A DNA stretch of 64,000 nt from Candidatus Latescibacterota bacterium (lineage in GTDB: Bacteria; Latescibacterota; UBA2968; UBA8231), in contig OZ220089.1 in the NCBI GenBank assembly GCA_964291625.2, forward strand, positions 3,424,001 to 3,488,000. Direction: 5' to 3'. The first letter of the stretch is position 1; each line of letters begins with the position of its first letter. The notes under the pieces were generated by a model that saw only the letters and a list, made by a program, of their open reading frames with translations, had not been told where the DNA came from and did no database searches. The translations under genes and the position numbers were made by a program. Positions 47,490 to 56,311 of the stretch are shown here, one piece after another.

Positions 47490-48419
47490 TCACGGGCGCA
47501 CCCGGAGGGCGGCTTTGATACGACCCCAGGATGACCGTTCCACGGCGGAAGCGTCGTCTTGGAGTGGATCCTCTCCGATGCCGACGAGCAAACCATCGAC
47601 GAAATGGCTCGCGAAAGTGTTGACGTTGAGTCCTAAGGGGGTCAGCAGGTACGGGAAGGAAGAGACAAAGGGTGGTTCCTCGTCAGCGTCGAAAAGACGG
47701 AGCTCGAATCCAATGATCTTGCCTGGGTACAGCTCCGAGACTCTGGAGTGGCTCTCGTCGTTGTAGACGAGGCGGTCGAATGGCGTCAACTTCATCTCAA
47801 GGACCCAGGTTGCCGGGCTGTGGCCGATAACTCCGCCACCCCCGGCAGCGTAGGGCGCCATCGTGTGCCACTCGCCAGCACCGGGGTAGCGGAGGGACTG
47901 GTCCTCCGGGTCGATCGGCATCCAGTACATTTGCGCTTGGCGGTAGTTCAACAGAGCAACCTCTTCCTCATCATCGTCGCCGCCAGAGAACTTCCGATAT
48001 CGGCCACCGGAGTGGTCGCCGTCGATGTAGAAGGCCATGCAGGCATCCCAAGTGGTGCAGGATTCCCAATCTTCTTTTCCGTCCCCAAGGTATCCGATGA
48101 AGCGATCATCGAAGGCTTCTACGGCGACCCAGAGGGTAGTGGTGTTCCGGTGCCACGCGAGCCAGACGCGGACATCCAGATTCTTTGGATCGCTGGGATA
48201 GTCGGCGTCGCCCTCCCAGAAGTCGGAGGTGACCAGGGACGGCTCGGAGGCGACCTCGAGCCAGTCCTCGACGCTGCCGTCGGTCAGGTCGATGCGGTCC
48301 AAGTCGTCGTCGAGGAGTTCGTAGAAGAGGTAGATTTCGTCCCCGGTGTGGGCGCGGGTGATGCTGGCGGGGGCCAAGGCGAGCAGCAAGAACAGCGAGT
48401 GAATAGTGCTTGGATGCAT
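47490..48419 (-). CDS. Secreted DOMON/CBM9-like protein with SWGRIK C-terminal tag (paralog 1)
   Basis: Signal peptide ending TRA|HTGD; DGSVEDW, VWLAW, DGDHSGG, GKIIGF; ends SAVERSSWGRIKAALRVRP. Fold call is tentative. Confidence 0.75.
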   Translation of the reverse strand: MHPSTIHSLFLLLALAPASITRAHTGDEIYLFYELLDDDLDRIDLTDGSVEDWLEVASEPSLVTSDFWEGDADYPSDPKNLDVRVWLAWHRNTTTLWVAVEAFDDRFIGYLGDGKEDWESCTTWDACMAFYIDGDHSGGRYRKFSGGDDDEEEVALLNYRQAQMYWMPIDPEDQSLRYPGAGEWHTMAPYAAGGGGVIGHSPATWVLEMKLTPFDRLVYNDESHSRVSELYPGKIIGFELRLFDADEEPPFVSSFPYLLTPLGLNVNTFASHFVDGLLVGIGEDPLQDDASAVERSSWGRIKAALRVRP

Positions 48420-48473
48420 TTCCTTCTCCTGCGAGAATGCGACTGGCATTGCTTGGAAGCATGCAGCGCGAAT

Positions 48474-48503
48474 TCTCCCCGGGGGCCAAGGCCCCCGGGG
48501 AGA
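48474..48503 (-). terminator. GC-rich hairpin just downstream of precursor 1
   Basis: CTCCCCGGGGGCC-AA-GGCCCCCGGGGAG; no U-tract, so may be a stabilising stem. Confidence 0.6.
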
Positions 48504-48519
48504 GCATCAGACCAGCACC

Positions 48520-48810
48520 CTACCAGCACTTACACCGATAGTAGGGCGAGGATCCCAGTCGAACGCACGCCCAACCGCCACCGTCACACGGGGACGCATC
48601 GCAATCATCCTTGCACCAATAGGCATGGTGACTGTTGCAACCCCAGGCTCCCCAGCATGTATCGGCCTGCGCATCTTCAGGCATGCTCAAAACGACGGCC
48701 CCAGCCATCAGCACAGCGGCGACCCAGGCTACCGGCAGGATCGCCTGCTTCCTGACGCCGTCCTCGTTGGCGATAAAGCCGCCCACAACACTGCGGATCC
48801 GCCTCAACAT
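48520..48810 (-). CDS. Cys-rich defensin-like peptide precursor 1
   Basis: GGAGG RBS; 49-aa leader shared with two paralogs; core DTCWGAWGCNSHHAYWCKDDCDASPCDGGGWACVRLGSSPYYRCKCW (8 Cys). Confidence 0.88.
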   Translation of the reverse strand: MLRRIRSVVGGFIANEDGVRKQAILPVAWVAAVLMAGAVVLSMPEDAQADTCWGAWGCNSHHAYWCKDDCDASPCDGGGWACVRLGSSPYYRCKCW

Positions 48811-48920
48811 GACATTCCTCCCTCAGGAAGGTGGACTGCGTTGATCAAAAAAACCCTCTATCTCCACCCTGCTTTTTTCGCCAGCTACCTCCTCTCTGGG
48901 CCGCAGGGCGCTTTGCCCGT

Positions 48921-49970
48921 TCATCCGTTAAGCCACAGGAGCAGGGCCCTCAAGGGCGGGGCCAAGTGGCCGCCGAAGACGGCGGTGGCCAGCCCGCCGA
49001 GCACGAGGAAGGGGACGAATGGCATGGCTCGGACTAAAGCCACCGTCCCCGGCAGGTCGCCAGAGGTCTGGGTCTGGAGCAGGTTCACCCTCTCTTGATC
49101 GAGGCTCTCCCCGCTTTCCCAGATCACCTCTCCTCCATCGTCCTGGGCCAAGACCATCCGGTGCCGCAGGACCGCGCCAGGCCGAACCCGCCCCACCGGT
49201 AGGTCGTACCCGAAGGCCCCGCCGCTCCCTTGGCGCACCTGCTGAAAGGCCAGCTCTACCAACCACGCCGCCCCCCACATCAGGAGGTAGCGGCTCCAGC
49301 CGCCGGTCGACACGGCCAGCAGCGCGAGCGCCGCCAGCCCAGGAATCACCACCACCGGGCGCCTCTCCGGCTTCAGGCCCCATTCGAGCACGCGGTATCC
49401 CACGACGAGGAAGGTGAACGCTTCCAGGTAGGTCAAGGGGCGGTTGAGCACGAGCTGGGCGAAGCTCAGGGCCAGTCCGAGCAATCCCCCCAGCCCGGCG
49501 GCGGCCTGCAGCCATGGCCCCCGGTTTGCTTTAACGGACATCCATTGTCGTTGCCGCCAAGCCACCACCGCTAGCAGCACGGCGGCATAGGCCACCACCG
49601 CGTTGACAATCAGTGCCGCCGGGGAGGTCTCCAGGGAAACCCACTTCCCCACCGGGCACAGGCTGGGCGGCAGGGCCGCCACGACCGCCCAGTACATCTT
49701 GGCATCGCCCGGCGACCACACCCCCGTCAGCGTCAGCAGGACGGCGACGGCCAGCCCCAACAGGAGGGTCCCGGCCAACTGGCTCCCGCCGCCCACCCCC
49801 AGTCCCACCATCGCCACTTGGCCGGCCACGCCAATGCCGAGCAGCCCAAGGGTATAGCGGTTCGGCACCCGCTGGAACCGGAGGTCCGTGTAGGCGGCGC
49901 AGGTACCGGCCGTCAGGAACGCCGATAGCATGAGCAACTCTACCCAGAGCACAGGATCGCTCACCGACAC
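48921..49970 (-). CDS. A24 prepilin-peptidase-like membrane aspartic protease (cassette 1)
   Basis: YTDLRFQRVPN and WSPGDAK (two catalytic Asp motifs); many TMs; C-terminal MPFVPFLVLG. Confidence 0.82.
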   Translation of the reverse strand: MSVSDPVLWVELLMLSAFLTAGTCAAYTDLRFQRVPNRYTLGLLGIGVAGQVAMVGLGVGGGSQLAGTLLLGLAVAVLLTLTGVWSPGDAKMYWAVVAALPPSLCPVGKWVSLETSPAALIVNAVVAYAAVLLAVVAWRQRQWMSVKANRGPWLQAAAGLGGLLGLALSFAQLVLNRPLTYLEAFTFLVVGYRVLEWGLKPERRPVVVIPGLAALALLAVSTGGWSRYLLMWGAAWLVELAFQQVRQGSGGAFGYDLPVGRVRPGAVLRHRMVLAQDDGGEVIWESGESLDQERVNLLQTQTSGDLPGTVALVRAMPFVPFLVLGGLATAVFGGHLAPPLRALLLWLNG

Positions 49971-50545
49971 GAGTCGCAGTCCTCGCCCATGGCCAGATCT
50001 TGCGCCAGCTTTCCAACCAGTTGCAGCACCGGTGCGGCGCCCCGGGCGGCGGCCACCACCGTGCCCTTCGAGTCGATCCGGTAGGCCGTGGGAACGCTGA
50101 CGGCGTAGTAAGCCAGGGAGGTTTGCCCCGTGGTATCCTGTAGCACGGGGTAGAGACCACGGATTCGCGCCTCGATGCTGCCCTCGGGCGGCTCCGGTGG
50201 CATACTGTCGTCGTCCGGACCGTGGATGAAGACCAAGCGCCCCTCTAGGTCGGGAAGCCCTGCGTCGACCAGGTTGGCCTTCAACTCGTTGCAGTACCGG
50301 CAGGTGGTGGTGACGAACACGAGAGCGGAGGTCCGGCCTTTCAGGTCGACCAACCCCAACCCGGGTCCTGCGACCCCGGGCAACTGGAAGTCGGGGGCGG
50401 GCGTGCCCTGGGGCAGTTGCTGCCACTTGCTGCGCGGCAGGCGCTGCAGCAGCGAGCCTCCCGGACCGTCCACGACGACCAGAGCCCACGTCAGGGCCAG
50501 GGCCAGCAGGCCGCCGGCCACGAGGGAGGGTTTGTGCACCACCAT
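49961..50545 (-). CDS. Membrane-anchored TlpA/peroxiredoxin-fold thiol-disulfide oxidoreductase B
   Basis: N-terminal TM; GTPAPDFQL, FVTTTCRYC, cis-Pro SVPT; extra C-terminal CDSC. Confidence 0.85.
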   Translation of the reverse strand: MVVHKPSLVAGGLLALALTWALVVVDGPGGSLLQRLPRSKWQQLPQGTPAPDFQLPGVAGPGLGLVDLKGRTSALVFVTTTCRYCNELKANLVDAGLPDLEGRLVFIHGPDDDSMPPEPPEGSIEARIRGLYPVLQDTTGQTSLAYYAVSVPTAYRIDSKGTVVAAARGAAPVLQLVGKLAQDLAMGEDCDSCR

Positions 50546-50547
50546 AC

Positions 50548-51105
50548 TCAGTCCTGCCTCTCCACAGGGGCGAGCATCCTCTCCAGGTCCCGGCTGCCCA
50601 CGGCGCCCTTGCGCACGACACCCTGGGAGTCAATCAGCAGTACCGAGGGGTAGCCCGGTACGCCGTAGGCTTGGTTCACCTCCCGAAGACGGTCGTGGCC
50701 GGCCTCCGAGGCAAGGCCGTACGGTACCAGCTTCTCATTGAGCACCGACCCCTCTCCCACGCCGACGACGACCACGGGGACTTGCTCGGAAGCCAGGGCG
50801 AGGGCCGGGTACGTGGCGTCGCAGGCCGGGCAGGTGGCGTCAGCGAAAAACAGAAGCCAGGATCGCCCCGCCGGCGCATCATCCGAGGAAACCGTGCCGC
50901 CTTGCAGGCCGTCGAGTGCGAAGGCAGGGGCGGGTTGGCCGATCAGCCGGGCAAAAGGCGCGGGAGTGACGCCGGGCGGGAAGCCGGTGTCGTACCGGGC
51001 CGCGAAGGCCACCAAAGCGGCCAAGAGGATGCCCGATCCCAAGGCCGTTGCGAACACCGAGGGCGGCACGTCGCCGTTGGGTCGCTCTCTCCGGGTTTCT
51101 TGCAT
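50548..51105 (-). CDS. Membrane-anchored TlpA/peroxiredoxin-fold thiol-disulfide oxidoreductase A
   Basis: N-terminal TM; GQPAPAFAL, FADATCPAC, YGVPGYP, LIDSQGVV. Confidence 0.85.
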   Translation of the reverse strand: MQETRRERPNGDVPPSVFATALGSGILLAALVAFAARYDTGFPPGVTPAPFARLIGQPAPAFALDGLQGGTVSSDDAPAGRSWLLFFADATCPACDATYPALALASEQVPVVVVGVGEGSVLNEKLVPYGLASEAGHDRLREVNQAYGVPGYPSVLLIDSQGVVRKGAVGSRDLERMLAPVERQD

Positions 51106-51140
51106 CCCGAGGAATCCTCCTCAGCAGTGAGCATCCATAG

Positions 51141-51156
51141 AGCAAGCTAACTGCCA
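51141..51156 (-). promoter_or_regulatory. Sigma-54 (-24/-12) promoter of peptide cassette 1
   Basis: Minus strand TGGCAG-TTAGC-TTGCT (GG-N10-GC), ~35 nt upstream of the first cassette gene. Confidence 0.65.
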
Positions 51157-51259
51157 AAGCTTGGTCTTGTCGCATAGTACCACAAATCTACCCTCGCTGG
51201 CAACCACTTTTTCGCTGCCATGCCCAACCAAGGCGATTCTGGCACCCCGCTACCTCCTC

Positions 51260-51670
51260 ATGCTTCCCCTAAGCTCCACAGTCGGTGTTGCCCGACAGGA
51301 CCACCTGGGGTGTCACGACCTTTTGCGCAGGGCCGCCTCCAGCGGCGCCGGGGGTCCGCATCTTGACCAAGACCTTCGTCTCGAATTCGAGCCTCGCCGA
51401 GAATCCTCAGGTACCCTTGGCTGGGCCGGGCGTAGCAGGTGAGGCGCAGCGGTGCTCGCAGCCGCACTAGGGCTTCACGTCGAACCGGAAGCCGACCTCC
51501 GGCGAGGGGTTCTCGGCCAGGATCGAGCGGCTGGCATCCATCAGGTTCTGTTGGGGGCGCGCTCCTCGCCGGGCTCGGCCGGGTCTAGGTGCAGGGGCTC
51601 TAAGCGGTTGGTCTCCCAGGGTGTTGAAGCCGACACGCCACCCCCTCTTGGCGGCCGGCCGCGCCGCCAT
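51260..51670 (-). pseudogene. Decayed 5' part of PA0069/Rv2578c-family radical SAM gene
   Basis: Across frames: KRG..VGFNT..NRLE, DASRSILAENPSPEVGF, CYARPSQGYL, FETKVLVK. Confidence 0.78.
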
Positions 51671-51844
51671 GCCCCACAGCTTGCCCCTCCGGCGCCTAGG
51701 CCTCGTATTTCGCCCGAAGGGCACTTCCCGTGTCCACGCGTCAAGGATAGCACCCTTCACCAGAAAGGGCACAGCCTCTACTTCTGCGCAATGCCTAGCT
51801 GCGCGAATCTTGGTGTCTCTCAACAAGTGCAAGAAGAAGCCGGA

Positions 51845-52264
51845 TCAGTCAAAGGAAATGTCATCGGACAGGTCTTCGACCCGCTTGCGATGGGCCTCCA
51901 ATTCCCGGCGTCTTCTCTCTTCGGCGGCCTGTTGTGCTTCGAGGGCTTCCTTTTCCATGACGTTGGCGGCGTCCACGCACAGAACTAGGGTCTCACGATG
52001 AAGGTCCTTAACTTCCTCCATAGTTGTGCCGTCGAGGATGATTCTGTCACCTTCTACGCGGGCAATGCCTGGGCGATGCCTCAAGTTAGAGCGTGGAGGG
52101 AGATCCCAGGTTGTCAAGAAGAATTCACTCCAACGAAGCGAAGGAGTCCGGCTCAGCTGAAACGGTATTGCGTAGAGCGCTGAGGTGGCACCCAACGGTG
52201 GTGCAGTTACGTCGGAGACGATGATGTGAAGCACTGTTACAGGCTCGTCCGATGGTGTACTCAT
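51845..52264 (-). CDS. Hypothetical protein (conserved-looking domain)
   Basis: AGGAG RBS; SALYAIPFQLSRTPS..W...HRPGIARVEGDRIILDGTT; lower GC. Confidence 0.65.
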   Translation of the reverse strand: MSTPSDEPVTVLHIIVSDVTAPPLGATSALYAIPFQLSRTPSLRWSEFFLTTWDLPPRSNLRHRPGIARVEGDRIILDGTTMEEVKDLHRETLVLCVDAANVMEKEALEAQQAAEERRRRELEAHRKRVEDLSDDISFD

Positions 52265-52329
52265 TTGGTGGTAGCTCCTTATTGTGGTGGGGCGAAAGTG
52301 GACACGGGTCTTGCTCTCCGGATAGATTG

Positions 52330-53379
52330 TCAGTTTCCCTGAGAAGGCTTCTTCAAGAACTGCGGTTGTGAATCACACGAACCAATGAAATAGAAGCGGT
52401 GACCGAAATAGTCAGTGAACTCTGCGATAGTTTTCAGGCTCTCGTAGATGTGGTTGCCTAGGGTGTATTCTGGAGTATTCGTATGTATGGTATCGGCTCC
52501 GAAGATTCTGATTGCCTCTGTCTTGTCGATCACGAATCCATGGTCCTTGTAAGAGTAGACTAGCTCATGGGCGATCCTTTTGGGCGTGTTAGCCGGGGCC
52601 TTTGGGTTGGTTTGGCGAGCGTGGAGTAACTTTTCGGCGTACTGCACTGCAGATTCCGCCACCCGCTCATGGTAGCCAAGGCTGATGGGCTGAAGAGAGA
52701 GATGAAGGTACTTTGCGAACATCTCACTGGCGTGCGGATGACTACTAATGAGGTCTGCAATATGCTCTACGGCGTTCTTTAGGCCAAGGGCAGGCAGGTT
52801 GTTTATCTGTGGGTCGATTGGTCCTAACTCACTCAGACTACCCATATGAATCTCGTCGGCCCCGCAGCAGATCAAAGTCGCGGCAGACTTGGCCTGACGA
52901 GGCACCACTACAACGAACTTCTTGGTTGTGCTTTCCCGACAGAGCTTGCTAATGAGATATGCGGATCCGATATCCCCGCCCGAAGAAAACAGGATAAGCA
53001 AGAGAGGTGCATCGCTTGCACTCTGCTTGGCTGCTGCAGAGTAGATCTTGTCGGCATCAGCCTTGACCATCCTGATATCGTCGTGCAGAATCAGGGTGTT
53101 GTACTCCTTAGCAATGGCATGTTGATCCAGAGTCTGGCTCAAGTACCGCGAGATGAGTTCGTCCCTCTCTATAGATGCCCTGTCTTTTTCTGGAGAGTCA
53201 GGATCTAGGGACTTGAACAGCGGTCCCAAGAGATCGGTGATGGTAAGGGGTTCCTTTTGAGGCGTGGCCTCCTCCGATTCCTTTCCTTCGGGCTCTTGGT
53301 ACTGTGGCGCATCCGCGGCTGGCTCACTCCCAGTTTCTGGCTGTGCTTCCTCGGTGTCCTTCTCCATTTTCTTGGTCAC
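52330..53379 (-). CDS. SDH-family ClpP-fold serine protease
   Basis: SSGG, AKSAATLICCGADEIHMG..SELGPIDPQ, DHGFVID; lower GC. Confidence 0.82.
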   Translation of the reverse strand: MTKKMEKDTEEAQPETGSEPAADAPQYQEPEGKESEEATPQKEPLTITDLLGPLFKSLDPDSPEKDRASIERDELISRYLSQTLDQHAIAKEYNTLILHDDIRMVKADADKIYSAAAKQSASDAPLLLILFSSGGDIGSAYLISKLCRESTTKKFVVVVPRQAKSAATLICCGADEIHMGSLSELGPIDPQINNLPALGLKNAVEHIADLISSHPHASEMFAKYLHLSLQPISLGYHERVAESAVQYAEKLLHARQTNPKAPANTPKRIAHELVYSYKDHGFVIDKTEAIRIFGADTIHTNTPEYTLGNHIYESLKTIAEFTDYFGHRFYFIGSCDSQPQFLKKPSQGN

Positions 53380-53841
53380 GAGATTTCGTGTCTCCTTCTG
53401 CAGTTAGTTTCGTGAGCCTCACAGTGTACCTGGTGTGAGTGGTAGATGTCAAGGAGATCGTGTAAGAAAGGTGTATAGAAAGAGATCAGGCGGTCCTCTT
53501 GATTCCGTAACCTTGGTAGAGGGGTTCTCTTGGATTGGTTTCCGGCGTCTCAGAGGCCAGCGACTCGGCCAGTTCGAGGCAGGAACCCCCGCCGGCGCCC
53601 CCAATCACGGACAGGTGCGGACAAGAGTAGAGGCGGGGAGGTGCCGGGCCTCGAAGACGCCGGGGCTTAAGCGCACCCTGGCGTCCAGTTCCTTCAACTC
53701 CACCAAGCGGGCGGTGATCGGTGCAGGGGTTGCCCGCGCGCCGATCGCCGTCCGCCGCGGCCCTTTGATTAGGGTCGCCTCCGGGCGCATCGAGATGACT
53801 AGGGCCTCGAGGGAGCGGCTCAAGCCCCAAGGGGCTGTTGA

Positions 53842-54447
53842 TCAGCGGCCCGGGATGCCGCCCAGCACAGTGTAGCGCTCGAGGGCGGCCTCGGCGGCCG
53901 GCGCCGCCACGGGCCGGTAGAGCTCGGTGTCGACGCCGTGGGGGACCGGGGCCATGGGCAGGCCGAAGCGCTCTTCGGCGCACAGGGAGCGCGAGACGCC
54001 GACGAAGAGATCGGCGCCGCAGCGCAGGACCTCCCGGAGGCGGGCGTCGGACGGCCCGGGCCGATCGGGGAGGACGGCGATGAAGGGGAGTCCGAGCCGC
54101 CGACGGATCTCGGCGCCGGCCAGGGCCGGAGAGGCTCCGAAGCTGCATACCACGTCGGCGTCGGCCAGCAGCGAGCACCAGTGCGGGGCGAGCCCCCGGC
54201 AGGCGCCGGCGGCGAGCCTCGGCTCGGGGTCGTCCGCTCCCGGCACCGAGGTCCGGTGCACCTGGATGGGGGAGCCGCCGGGGCGGAGCAGGATCTCGTC
54301 GCTGGCCAACCCCCGCCCCTCTCCGACGATGGAGATGACGCGGACCCTGCAGCCGCTCCGGGCCAGGCCGTCGGCGCAGTCCTGAACCCTGCGCTCCAGG
54401 CCCCCGGCGGGGGGCGGGATCTCCTGACCGATCAGGCCGATGTTCAT
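53842..54447 (-). pseudogene. GT4 glycosyltransferase, N-terminal domain only (truncated)
   Basis: IPPPAGGLERRV, VGVS, VPHGVDTELYRP, then a stop before the nucleotide-sugar-binding domain. Confidence 0.7.
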
Positions 54448-54496
54448 CTGCGCGGCTCCGCGGCGAGAGTGGGTGGGCGAATGCCCGGGGCCTTCT

Positions 54497-54517
54497 CCCT
54501 TACAAACGCCGTGCCAG
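54497..54517 (-). promoter_or_regulatory. Sigma-54-like promoter motif (copy 1)
   Basis: CTGGCACGGCGTTTGTAAGGG, identical to 57727-57747; -12 is GT rather than GC. Confidence 0.55.
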
Positions 54518-54676
54518 CACCCCCGAGGCCCCGCCGCGTGCTGGGCGGCAACGACTTGCGGCCTTCCCCGGGGCTCTGCCGCCCGGCCGGGTGTGAGTGA
54601 CCGGTGCCACCGGTGGGGCGTGGAGGTGACACCCCCGGGGCAGGGGCCCTGCTCCCCGTGGGACGGCTCTGCCTCT

Positions 54677-55672
54677 CTACCATTCCACGGCCTCCAGTCC
54701 CGCCAGGGCCTTGCCTTCCCTGGCCTCGATGTCCTGGAGCCGGGACTGAATGCGGGGCAGGAGGCTGGCCGGCTCCTTGAGGGCCCCCTTGAGGCACAGG
54801 CTCTTCACGACGAACCAGCCCTGGGAGATCGTCCCGAGCTCGGCGCCGAGCGCTGCCAGGCCGGGCTGGTCGAAGAGCCGGCCCACGTGGCCCAGGAACC
54901 GGCCATGCCCTTCCCGGAGCACGGCGATCTCCAGCAGCAGCCGCGCGCAGTGCTGCAGGTGGCTTCGCAGGAGAGCGTCCTCACGCCTCGCCCAGGCCCC
55001 GGTATCCGCCGCGAGCTGCCGGATCCCCTCCAGGCCCATCACCAGGCCCGCCTGTCCCCGGGTGGCCGACATGCTCCGGAGGTTGCGGCGCAGGAGGCCC
55101 TGAAGGGGGGCGCGGCGCAGGGAGGGAGGCTGCGCCGGCGCCCGCAGCCAGGTCCAGTTGTAGCGGCCGCGCACCCCGGAGAAGGCGCTCATGTCCCAGG
55201 AGGCGAGGAACAGGCCGAGGGGAATGTCCCGCGCGGAGGGCTGCCAGGGCGACGGATCGATGAGGTGGACGGTGCCCGGCGGGTCGTCGTACCCGGCGGC
55301 GATGTACTGGTGGTCGGCATGGCGCAGGCGGGGATAGAGGCCGGCCCGGGCGAGGGCGAAGACGTCGACGTTGACGGCCACCGGGGTACCGGCGTCGAGC
55401 AGCGATCTCACGGCCTTCCACGCGGCCTCGGGGTCCGCCGCGGCGCGGTGGAAGAGGCCGATCCCGAAGGCGCCGAGCATCGTCGGAAGGGGGATGGCGC
55501 GGCCGTCGATGGCGAAGCGTCCCTCCTCCCGGAGGTAGAGGAAGTCCCAGTTGGAGAAGCAGGGCACGGTGGGCTCGTGGCCGTGGAAGCGCAGCAGACT
55601 GTCGAGCACCACGTAGACGCAGTTGTAGTGCCGGTTGGCGCAGAAGGGAATGCCGGTGATCCGCTGGCTCAT
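54677..55672 (-). CDS. BtrH N-terminal-domain protein (papain-like fold)
   Basis: HYNC, PVAVNVDVFAL, HQYIAAGYD, LIDP, GLEGIRQLA pattern typical of BtrH-like proteins. Confidence 0.72.
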   Translation of the reverse strand: MSQRITGIPFCANRHYNCVYVVLDSLLRFHGHEPTVPCFSNWDFLYLREEGRFAIDGRAIPLPTMLGAFGIGLFHRAAADPEAAWKAVRSLLDAGTPVAVNVDVFALARAGLYPRLRHADHQYIAAGYDDPPGTVHLIDPSPWQPSARDIPLGLFLASWDMSAFSGVRGRYNWTWLRAPAQPPSLRRAPLQGLLRRNLRSMSATRGQAGLVMGLEGIRQLAADTGAWARREDALLRSHLQHCARLLLEIAVLREGHGRFLGHVGRLFDQPGLAALGAELGTISQGWFVVKSLCLKGALKEPASLLPRIQSRLQDIEAREGKALAGLEAVEW

Positions 55673-56304
55673 GGGGAGGCGGCGTCCGCCGCGGCGAGGG
55701 TGAGGGCGAAGAGGTGCATGGACGGGTTGTCCGGCAGCAGCAGGGCCGAGAGGGGCCGGGGGCCGGGCAGGTCGATCCCCTGGTGCCAGATCCCGGCCTC
55801 GATGCGCGTCTCCTCCGTCTCGCAGCCGGCTTCGGGCGGGGAGGAACCGATGAGAGATGAGAGAGGGACCGACGTGTCGGGGGTCGTGAGCGGACAGCAG
55901 AGGGCCATGCCTTCGCCGTACTGCAGCCCCCCGTAGCGCGGCGCGTCGCTCAGTCCCAGGCGGGTCTCCGCCAGGGTGCCGTCGGCGGCCTTCAACCGGA
56001 GGGGTTCCTCGAAGGCGCGCCAGTCGCACATGCCCAGGACGTGGAGGACACCCCAGGGGCCCGGCGGCAAGGGGATCACCTGGGACTCGCAGGCGATGTT
56101 GTCCTTCGAGCCGCGGGTTCGGCCCGCGAGGACGAAGGGTATCCCCCGGCTGACGATGGTCGCCCCCGGGGCCGGGAGGCTCTCGGCCCGGAAGGCCGTG
56201 CCCATCCCGTCGAGGCCGCCGTCCTCCGGCCGTCCGGCCGGGGCGATGCCGCCGTTGTTGAAGTGGGAGGACAGGTCCAGGGGGGCGTGGCGGTCCCCGG
56301 GCAT
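55669..56304 (-). CDS. Hypothetical beta-sandwich protein
   Basis: LDLSSHFNNGGI, GIPF, DNIACESQVIPLP, LPDNPSMHLFALTL; overlaps the BtrH-like start. Confidence 0.68.
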   Translation of the reverse strand: MPGDRHAPLDLSSHFNNGGIAPAGRPEDGGLDGMGTAFRAESLPAPGATIVSRGIPFVLAGRTRGSKDNIACESQVIPLPPGPWGVLHVLGMCDWRAFEEPLRLKAADGTLAETRLGLSDAPRYGGLQYGEGMALCCPLTTPDTSVPLSSLIGSSPPEAGCETEETRIEAGIWHQGIDLPGPRPLSALLLPDNPSMHLFALTLAAADAASP

Positions 56305-56311
56305 GGAACCC

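Noticed and set aside
48520-48810. Precursors as Tat substrates or methylamine dehydrogenase light chains (MauA with MauD-like neighbours)
   Set aside because: The RR of copy 1 is KK or KQ in the others. The cores are far shorter than MauA, and no MauB, MauE or MauG is present.
53486-53840. ORFs 53486..54178 and 53605..53823
   Set aside because: No recognisable motif; probably junction debris after the truncated glycosyltransferase.
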